Positions 1 through 7,042 of a DNA stretch of 64,000 nt are shown here, one piece after another; the stretch's first letter is position 1; each line of letters starts with the position of its first letter. Under the pieces are notes generated by a model. That model did no database searches and was not told the origin of the DNA. It saw nothing but the letters and a program-made list of their open reading frames with translations. The translations under genes and the position numbers were made by a program. The stretch is from Truepera sp. (GTDB lineage Bacteria; Deinococcota; Deinococci; Deinococcales; Trueperaceae): the NCBI GenBank assembly GCA_965218435.1, contig CBDCKW010000009.1, positions 416,001-480,000 on the forward strand, in the 5' to 3' direction.

Positions 1-90
1 GCTGACCGACGCGCATATTCTGTAATGAGAGTTGGCGCTGTGCGCTATCTCGAGCGTGAGCTAACTCGTTAACAAGGAATATGTGGATAC

Positions 91-810
91 TTAAACTTTG
101 CTCGAGTCGGGCATCCGGCCCCGCTGCACCGCCTCGGCGACCGTTTGCGGCAGCCCCCACGCGATGATGTCAAACGCGACGGCGGCAAAGTCGTACTCGA
201 CCTTATCCATCGTGACCTTGAGCCCCGCTTCGGAAAACTTCAGGAGCGCATAATCTGCGCCCGGTTCACCGTTGAGCGACAAGCCGACCGACCCCGGATT
301 GACGACCCAGCCGCTGCTGAGTTGCCGGTAAAACGGGACGTGCGAGTTGCCGACGGCCAAAACCTTACAGCGTTGCGACGCTAACAGCTTGCCGAGGGCG
401 TCACTCGTCCCGCTCAAACCAACTCTAGCCGGAACGTCGAGCGTACCGTGAAGGGCGCGGAGGCGGCCCACCGGGGTGCTGAGGCGGAGTTGTGTGGGGA
501 GTGAACGTAAAAAAGCGACGTGTTGCGGCTCGATGACCGAGCGTGTCCAGGTTAGGATTTCGTCGGCGACGCCCGCTCTGGGCCGGTCACTGCGTGCAAA
601 GTCAAACGCGACCTGTTCGTCGGCTGCCCCAAGAGCACAGAGCACGCCTTCTTGCCTGATAAGCTCGAGCGTCTCGTTGGGTGACGGCCCGTAGCCAAGC
701 AGGTCACCTAAACAGACGATACTCTCTGCGCCCTGACGTTTAAGCTCTGCGATGACGGCCTCGAGCGCCAGCACATTGGCGTGAACATCGCTGATCAGCC
801 CTAGCACCAC
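91..810 (-). CDS. Calcineurin-like metallophosphoesterase family protein (degenerate active-site motifs)
   Basis: DVHAN, GDLLGYG and NPGSVG motifs. The usual GNHD is GAAD and GHTH is GNSH. Confidence 0.85.
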   Translation of the reverse strand: MVLGLISDVHANVLALEAVIAELKRQGAESIVCLGDLLGYGPSPNETLELIRQEGVLCALGAADEQVAFDFARSDRPRAGVADEILTWTRSVIEPQHVAFLRSLPTQLRLSTPVGRLRALHGTLDVPARVGLSGTSDALGKLLASQRCKVLAVGNSHVPFYRQLSSGWVVNPGSVGLSLNGEPGADYALLKFSEAGLKVTMDKVEYDFAAVAFDIIAWGLPQTVAEAVQRGRMPDSSKV

Positions 811-1141
811 AGCTGTTCAAGCCTTCGCTGCCTGGTTCTTGTTACGGTTGTTCGCGGCTGCAGCACTCCAAAAGTGTAGCACCGCGCCCCGGTACCCGGA
901 TAGCAAGAATCTCTCAACTTGTGGCAGAAGGTTACGGATACCTTTGCTGAACGATATGGTTTCTAACAATATGGTTTCTGACAATGCTCGGCCAGGTTGA
1001 CCTTTGCTTTTGTTGTCATGTTTATAGGTAGGTAAGAGACGTCTTCGCCCATAAGCCGCTGACTTCTGTAAGCTTAATCCCAACTTCTTTTCTGCGGCCC
1101 GCTGCGGACGCTGCCAGCTGAACTTAAAAGGCCGACAGCAG

Positions 1142-2398
1142 CTAGCCTTCGGCTTCTAACCCGGTTGTAACACCCTCTTCGAGTGTCCCCTCGTGCCTGA
1201 GGCCCGGTAAAAACGCGGCCAACACGCCCATTGCCAGCGTCAGCAGCGCCGCAAACGCAAGCAGCGCCCGAATCGAGAGTAGGTCGGCCAGCCCGCCGAC
1301 GCCCATCCCTAGCACAATCGAGCCTTCGATCCCGACAAAATACGCGCCGATCACCCGGCCCCGCAACTCTGCCGGGGTTTTACGCTGGAACAGCAGCCGA
1401 ATCGCAATAATCGCCGGAGCGTTAAAAAAGCCGATGATGGTGAAAAATAAGACGGCCAAGGTCACCGTATTCGTAAAGGTATAAAAAAGTGCCGCGAGTC
1501 CGAGGCTCCCGATACTTATCGCCATCCAGTTGCGTTCCGACAGCCGGTTGCCAAAGCTCGCCATCACAAAGCTGCCGACGACAAAGCCCACCGAGGTCAG
1601 CGCCTCTTGAATCCCGAAGGCGGTTTCGGTCGAGCCCAACACCGTAATAGTGAAGGGTAGCGTCAGGGTGTTTAAGATACCCGAGGTGAAGCCGATACCT
1701 AAGCCTATCGTCAGCACGGCCCGCAGTACCCGGTGTGTAAAGAGATAGTCGAGTCCTTTACGCATATTGCGCGAGACCATCGTAAAGGTCGTCTTTTCGG
1801 TGTTGCCCAGCTTGACGACTGTGATACCCATCAAGCAAACTCCGGCAAAAACAAAGGTCAAAGCGTCGAGCAAAAAGACCCAACCGAGTTCAAACTGCGC
1901 GGCTAACAGGCCCGCAGCAGCGTAACCGACGGCGGTCGAACCGACCGTGCTGATGGACATCAGCGAGTTGGCGGCGGCGAGTTCTTCGTCCGTGGCGAGT
2001 TCGGGTAAGACGCTTTCATACGCGGGCGAGTAAAATTGACGGGCACAGCTCGAGAACCCCACCAGCAGGTAGAGCCAGACCAGCCCGAAGGGGATGATCA
2101 GGGGAATCAGGGCGATAAACCCAGCCTGCACAAAACTGCTCAGCACCAAGATGCGTTTGCGGTCGTAACGGTCGGCGATGACCCCGCCGAAAAGTCCGAA
2201 AATGAGGCTCGGCAGCGAGGTCGCCATCAGCATCAGCCCGACGCTGAGCGCGGAACCCGTCAACCGGTAGACGAGAATTCCGGCGGTCAGGGCGGTCAGC
2301 GCGTCGCCGATGGTCGAGACGAGCTGACCGGTCCACATGAGGGTAAACGAACGGTTTCTAAAAACAGCGAACGGTGAAAGCTGCGTAGGTTGTGACAT
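1142..2398 (-). CDS. MFS transporter (DHA3/macrolide-efflux-like), paralog 1
   Basis: About 12 hydrophobic segments and GVIADRYDRK MFS motif A. Start moved to ATG 2398 (MSQPTQLSPF), which follows a GAGGA SD and matches the N-terminus of paralog 2. Confidence 0.88.
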   Translation of the reverse strand: MSQPTQLSPFAVFRNRSFTLMWTGQLVSTIGDALTALTAGILVYRLTGSALSVGLMLMATSLPSLIFGLFGGVIADRYDRKRILVLSSFVQAGFIALIPLIIPFGLVWLYLLVGFSSCARQFYSPAYESVLPELATDEELAAANSLMSISTVGSTAVGYAAAGLLAAQFELGWVFLLDALTFVFAGVCLMGITVVKLGNTEKTTFTMVSRNMRKGLDYLFTHRVLRAVLTIGLGIGFTSGILNTLTLPFTITVLGSTETAFGIQEALTSVGFVVGSFVMASFGNRLSERNWMAISIGSLGLAALFYTFTNTVTLAVLFFTIIGFFNAPAIIAIRLLFQRKTPAELRGRVIGAYFVGIEGSIVLGMGVGGLADLLSIRALLAFAALLTLAMGVLAAFLPGLRHEGTLEEGVTTGLEAEG

Positions 2399-2688
2399 GT
2401 GCGTCCTCGAGCGTCGTACTCGGGTTCGGCGTAGGGGCTTATGACCTACCGAAGCAGTACAACGGGATGGGATAAACACACGATACCATAGTTGCGAAAC
2501 AAAGTGAGGCGTAGATGTGTGAAGTTCACTGCTTTTTCAGACAATGTACTTATAGTTTCAAGCAACTCGAGCCAGGTGCCGAACACAACACCGAACAAGC
2601 CGAACGCGCTCGCAATAAGGAGAAGCGTGCGCCGCGTGACTAAAAGCAGCTTACGGTTGGGCGGTATGTCTACTTTGGCGCAATCTCC

Positions 2689-2883
2689 TCAAGTCCGCTG
2701 AAAGCTCGAGCAGCCCAGGGTAACCGGTGAGTGGCGTAACCTATACGGGAGGAGGGCGGGAGCGACGCCCCCCTGCTCACGAACGGCTTCGATCAGCGCC
2801 ACCTCCCGCAGCGCTATGGTGTCGGCTACCGGCTTAAAAAGCCAGGTGTGAGTCAGTGCTCTTTTTGCTTCCGCTCGAGTCAT
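2689..2883 (-). CDS. Possible small hypothetical protein (64 aa, MTRAEAKRAL...)
   Basis: ATG at 2883 preceded by a purine-rich AAGGGAAA. No recognisable domain. Confidence 0.25.
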   Translation of the reverse strand: MTRAEAKRALTHTWLFKPVADTIALREVALIEAVREQGGVAPALLPYRLRHSPVTLGCSSFQRT

Positions 2884-3061
2884 ATCCGTTTCCCTTCTGC
2901 TGAGAATCATCAGCCAAGCCACGCTATTTGGTGAACAGGAAGGTTGCTCGCTGCTCCTGAACGTCACGCGGTTTAAGACCTTCCGTTTAAGAACGCCCGT
3001 TGCAGCTCTAGGGTCTAGCGTGTCCACAGCACCTCTCCATTAAGTCGCCCGAACCTCAGCC

Positions 3062-4315
3062 TTACAAAGCGCCACTGGTCACAGGTTTGCTTTCTCCTGC
3101 CTCCGCCCTGAGTCCAGGTAGCACCGCCGCCACGAAACCGAGCAGCAGCGTCAAAAGCGCCGACACGATAATCAGCGTGCGAATACCGAGCAGGTCGCCG
3201 AGACCCCCGGCGAGCAAGCCGAGCACCATCACGGCGTCAACGCCCACGTAGTACGCGCCCAGCACCCGCCCGCGCAGCTTAGGCGGCGTTTTACGCTGAA
3301 ACACCGTCTTGATGGTGATAACAGCGGGTGCATTGAACAGACCGATAAGCCCTGCTAGTGCAACCGTCAGGATGACCGATTGACTCAGCGCATAAACCAG
3401 CGCCGCGCCGCCCATCCCCAACAGACAGAGCGAAATCCAGGCACGTTCTTTAAGCCGCGCTGCAAAGCTCGCCATCACCACACTGCCGAGTACGAAGCCC
3501 AACGACATCATGCCCTCTTGCACGCCGAAGACAAACTCCGAACCACCAGGAAGTTCGGACAGCACAAAAGGCAAAAAGAGCGCGTTGCCCATACCCAAAG
3601 CAAAGAAGATAGCCAAACTCAGGCCGAAGATAGCGCGGAGCAGCGGCGTCCCGAAGAGGTGTGCCAGACCGGAGCGAACATCGCCCAGCACCGTGCGAAC
3701 CCCCTCGTCGTGGTCGCTGGCGTGGTGCGGTACTGTGACGCCCAGAAGAAACGCCCCACCTATTACAAACGTCAGCGCGTCGAGCCAGAAGACTATGTTT
3801 AAGCTCAGCGACGAAGCGAGCAGGCCCGCCGCCGCGAAACCGAGTACCGATGAGGCGGTTGCACTAATGGACATAAACGAATTGGCGGCTTCCAACGCGT
3901 CGTCGTCGGCAATATCGGGCAGCACGCTGTCGTGGGCGGGCATAAAAAATTGCTGGACGGTGCTGGAAAGTGCCACCAAAATGTAAAGCCACACGATGCC
4001 GAACGGCAGCAACAAAGGAATCAGCGCGACAAGTCCCGCTTGCAAAAAGCTGGCGATAACCAGAATCTTCTTACGGTCCCAGCGGTCAACGTACACACCC
4101 GCCACCAGCCCGAACAGCAGACTCGGCAGCGACGTTGCCGCCAGCATCAACCCGACGCTTAAAACCGAACCGGTGAGGCGGTAGACCAGAATTCCGGCGG
4201 CGAGTTGGGTGAGCGAGTCGCCGAACGTCGAGACGAGCCGCCCGAACCACATGAGCGAGAACGAGCGGTTTTTGAAGACGGCGAAAGGTGAGGGCGGACG
4301 AGTGGGTTGGGTCAT
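3062..4315 (-). CDS. MFS transporter (DHA3/macrolide-efflux-like), paralog 2
   Basis: GVYVDRWDRK motif A, about 12 TM segments, and clear full-length similarity to 1142..2398. Confidence 0.9.
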   Translation of the reverse strand: MTQPTRPPSPFAVFKNRSFSLMWFGRLVSTFGDSLTQLAAGILVYRLTGSVLSVGLMLAATSLPSLLFGLVAGVYVDRWDRKKILVIASFLQAGLVALIPLLLPFGIVWLYILVALSSTVQQFFMPAHDSVLPDIADDDALEAANSFMSISATASSVLGFAAAGLLASSLSLNIVFWLDALTFVIGGAFLLGVTVPHHASDHDEGVRTVLGDVRSGLAHLFGTPLLRAIFGLSLAIFFALGMGNALFLPFVLSELPGGSEFVFGVQEGMMSLGFVLGSVVMASFAARLKERAWISLCLLGMGGAALVYALSQSVILTVALAGLIGLFNAPAVITIKTVFQRKTPPKLRGRVLGAYYVGVDAVMVLGLLAGGLGDLLGIRTLIIVSALLTLLLGFVAAVLPGLRAEAGESKPVTSGAL

Positions 4316-5529
4316 GGGGCACTTCCTTCACCAGGATTAGTTTGCGATTCAGCCGTCCCTGAGCTAAAAGCACCCTCGGCACCTTCTAAGAAATTGGATA
4401 GCAACCTCTCGGAAAAACCGAGAAGGATAGCAAGGCCCAACGTCAGCAAAAGTCCATTTTCGGTACTGGTGCCATTTGAGGAGGTTGTACCAGATGATGC
4501 CAAAGCCGCGCCGTCCCTACCTTGGACATCAGGTGTGCTAGGAGTAACTGAAGTAGACGATTCAACCGTGTAAGCCTGAGCAATTACGTTCTCCCACCCA
4601 AATTTGTCAAAAGCATCGCCTAAAACATTGATCTGCGCTAAGAAGACAATCAGCAAAATACCTGTCCAAGCAGCTAACGCACCTGTTACTGGAGCAAGAT
4701 AAAAACTCGTCCAAAACGCTCCATAGTCAGTAGGGAACGCTTGTCGGTTTCTCACCGAACGCACAAGGCGACTCAGGAGGCCACCTACAGCACCGGCAAA
4801 GAGAATAATCGCCGTACCAGGCAGAATCGCCACAATAACGATGATGAACAGTAACGACACCGCCATTAGCCAAGCCGCTTTGTTGTGCCAAGTGACGAGC
4901 CTTGTATATCCGGTATCGAGATAGTCGTACCTGACCCGCAAAGCGTCCTGAAGGAGATTTTTATATCTAACAAACTCTCTAGCGGTTATATTCATATCTG
5001 GAAGATTTAGCGCATCGATTGCTGTTGCAATACCTCGAGCTTCGGCTGTAGAAATATTTTGGAGGCTGTTCTTAATAGTGACCAGTTGAGCAGCTACCTG
5101 CTCACTCTCGTAGAACTCGACTAACCGGCGTTCAACCTCGTGAACACGTCGCCAGCCAGCTATCTCGCCGCCTCTACTCCACAGAAAAAAGTTTAGACCG
5201 AAAGCCCAGGTTTCCACGCCCTTACGTGCTTCTCTAAGGGACTCTCTTAATCCATCAATCTGCGCTCTCTGAAAATCGTTAGGTGAGCTAACTGCACTGT
5301 CAAGGTGGTTTTCAACACCTGCAATTTGTGTCAGAAGCTTTCTATGTGTGGGTGACGCGACATTGTGCCAACGACTGATCAACCAAAAGAATGTATAGAT
5401 GAGTATGACAGCGAAAGCCACGGCGAATTCGGGCTGGTCAAAGGGATTAGAAATTCCAAGCGCACTCCAGATATTCATCCTCTGTAGCTCCTGTCCGACG
5501 CTTTCCCACACGTTGCGTAATACTTGCAT
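4312..5529 (-). CDS. Hypothetical multi-pass membrane protein
   Basis: 405-aa ORF with an N-terminal TM, a helical soluble region and several C-terminal TMs ending in GFSER. Overlaps the MFS start by ATGA. AT-richer than neighbours. Confidence 0.8.
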   Translation of the reverse strand: MQVLRNVWESVGQELQRMNIWSALGISNPFDQPEFAVAFAVILIYTFFWLISRWHNVASPTHRKLLTQIAGVENHLDSAVSSPNDFQRAQIDGLRESLREARKGVETWAFGLNFFLWSRGGEIAGWRRVHEVERRLVEFYESEQVAAQLVTIKNSLQNISTAEARGIATAIDALNLPDMNITAREFVRYKNLLQDALRVRYDYLDTGYTRLVTWHNKAAWLMAVSLLFIIVIVAILPGTAIILFAGAVGGLLSRLVRSVRNRQAFPTDYGAFWTSFYLAPVTGALAAWTGILLIVFLAQINVLGDAFDKFGWENVIAQAYTVESSTSVTPSTPDVQGRDGAALASSGTTSSNGTSTENGLLLTLGLAILLGFSERLLSNFLEGAEGAFSSGTAESQTNPGEGSAP

Positions 5530-5665
5530 GATGGTTTCGGCATATCCCTTTCTCGTCCCTCTTTCTTGGACTGTCGGCGGTATAGCTATGAGTGCAACCG
5601 TATGTTTGATTTCCCGCCGCTACGAGTGAGCGAAGACCAAAACGTTTTTAGCGAGAAATCAAAAC

Positions 5666-5687
5666 AAAAGCCGGGAATGACCCGGCT
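5666..5687 (-). terminator. Intrinsic terminator after peptide array 1
   Basis: Minus strand AGCCGGG-TCATT-CCCGGCT-TTT. Confidence 0.7.
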
Positions 5688-5713
5688 GAAAAATATAAAT
5701 TTGGGTCGTAAAT

Positions 5714-5773
5714 CTAGACTTTGCGGATGGCTTCTACAACTTGCTTCGAGCTAGGGGTTTCTTTGTTACGCAT
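5714..5773 (-). CDS. Micro-ORF, 19 aa MRNKETPSSKQVVEAIRKV
   Basis: GGAGGTG SD just upstream of ATG. Homologous to three other 60-nt ORFs in the window. Confidence 0.7.
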   Translation of the reverse strand: MRNKETPSSKQVVEAIRKV

Positions 5774-5851
5774 AGTATCACCTCCTTTACATTTGGGAAT
5801 GGGCCTCGAGCCGAAAATTCAGCTCAAAAACAGCTGGTTCGGGTCGTAAAT

Positions 5852-5887
5852 TTAGTGGCCTCTATAGAATTCAGGTTGGGGTTTCAT
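5852..5887 (-). CDS. Micro-ORF, 11 aa MKPQPEFYRGH
   Basis: GGAGGTG SD upstream. Followed by the same TTACGACCC motif as sister ORFs. Confidence 0.55.
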   Translation of the reverse strand: MKPQPEFYRGH

Positions 5888-5963
5888 CGCGCTTCACCTC
5901 CTTCGCGTTTGGAAATGGGTTCGAGCCGGGGGACTCGAGCCTTTAGAGCGTTCGGGCTGCGTT

Positions 5964-6023
5964 CTATATTTTGCGGAAGACGCTCACAATCAGCTTCGAG
6001 CTAGGGGTTTCTTTAATTTTCAT
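5964..6023 (-). CDS. Micro-ORF, 19 aa MKIKETPSSKLIVSVFRKI
   Basis: GGGAGG SD upstream. First ORF after the TAGACT promoter. Homologous to 10842..10901. Confidence 0.7.
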   Translation of the reverse strand: MKIKETPSSKLIVSVFRKI

Positions 6024-6055
6024 TTTCTGCCCTCCCTTCTTGCTGAACTGACGGC

Positions 6056-6102
6056 AGTCTACAAAAGGGGGTGTGATGTTAGCGTGATGTTGCCGTGATG
6101 TT
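6056..6102 (-). promoter_or_regulatory. Promoter of peptide array 1 with three 11-bp-periodic direct repeats (SARP-box-like)
   Basis: GTGATGTT at 6073, 6084 and 6095. Minus-strand -10 TAGACT at 6056-6061, 11 nt from the proximal repeat. Confidence 0.65.
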
Positions 6103-6126
6103 GGGTTGCACACCCAAACTTAAGTC

Positions 6127-6172
6127 GCGTCACGCCTGCGTCACGCTCACATCACGGGCTGTTTTTTATGCT
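6127..6172 (+). promoter_or_regulatory. Divergent promoter of the lipoprotein gene with three 11-bp-periodic repeats
   Basis: TCACG at 6130, 6141 and 6152. -10 TATGCT at 6167-6172, again 11 nt after ATCAC. Confidence 0.6.
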
Positions 6173-6213
6173 CACCCTCGAAAAGATCACCTTTTCAACA
6201 CATCTGTAGGAGG

Positions 6214-6687
6214 ATGAGCATGAATACAAGAGCGGGTTGGGTTAGGCGGACGGGACAGGGTATGGCGGCGCTACTTTTGCTGCTGGTGCTGGGGGCGTGC
6301 GAACAGCTTGGGTCAGCGCCGGACGTTGAGCTTTCACCGGCTGCTGTGACGCTGAACAGGCCGATCTATGTAGCACCGGCGTTTAACGCTACCGCCGCCG
6401 TAACCTTCACGAGCTACCGGCGCGACCAGGCTGGCGTTACCTACGCACAGGGAACCTGGAAGATCAATAATACTTACAGCAATCTCTACACCTTTATGCG
6501 CTTTACCGGCGGTGACGGGAAATGGTATTACACCCCAAATGTAGCTCCGAGAACGAACCCCGGTGCGGGAACATGGACGGCTCGCGGGCCTGCCAGAACC
6601 TACTATTGGCAAGTTTGTGGTTGGATTTCAACGAGCAAAGGTTGGACTTCATCGTGTCCTGGAAATCCGACACGCATCTCGCTCTAG
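6214..6687 (+). CDS. Hypothetical lipoprotein
   Basis: AGGAGG SD (start 6214 or 6220). Signal peptide with LGAC lipobox. Aromatic/Thr-rich body with two C-terminal Cys. Confidence 0.8.
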   Translation: MSMNTRAGWVRRTGQGMAALLLLLVLGACEQLGSAPDVELSPAAVTLNRPIYVAPAFNATAAVTFTSYRRDQAGVTYAQGTWKINNTYSNLYTFMRFTGGDGKWYYTPNVAPRTNPGAGTWTARGPARTYYWQVCGWISTSKGWTSSCPGNPTRISL

Positions 6688-7042
6688 GCTGACAAGCGAA
6701 CTCACGCCAATCCTTTCAGATTCCTGCGGTTCGATCATCACCCTTCGCCCCGGCTGATTAAAGCGTCGGCCCAACCTAAGCGTGCGCTCTCCAGGGGCGC
6801 ACGCTCATTTGTTTCACTTTTCTGTGATACCCGGTTGCCGCACGCCTCCGGTAAGAGCGCCGAGGTGCAGTTTCCGGCAGCCGCCGAGCTGCTTTTTGGC
6901 GAAATGCATTTTTGCGACAGATACATACTTTTTCTGAAACGCTGCAAAGCGTAATACGCACCTATCAGAAAAATATGCACTATGGAGCCACCGGGTTAGA
7001 CTTCGCACGTTCACCCGACTCTAATTTTTGGTATGCTGGCGA

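Noticed and set aside
5852..5887. MKPQPEFYRGH as a biarylitide-type RiPP precursor
   Set aside because: Biarylitide precursors are 5-aa MxYxH peptides next to a P450. Here the spacing is YxxH and no P450 or other modifying enzyme is nearby.
5666..6102. Repeated segments (CGAGCTAGGGGTTTCTT etc.) as a CRISPR array
   Set aside because: Repeats are degenerate and irregularly spaced, correspond to the ETPSS codons of ORFs with SD, start and stop, and no cas genes are in the window.
6738..7020. Short ORFs and TTTTCTG-like motifs between the lipoprotein and regulator
   Set aside because: No SD, no coherent periodicity and no homologous second copy. Not distinguishable from background by eye.
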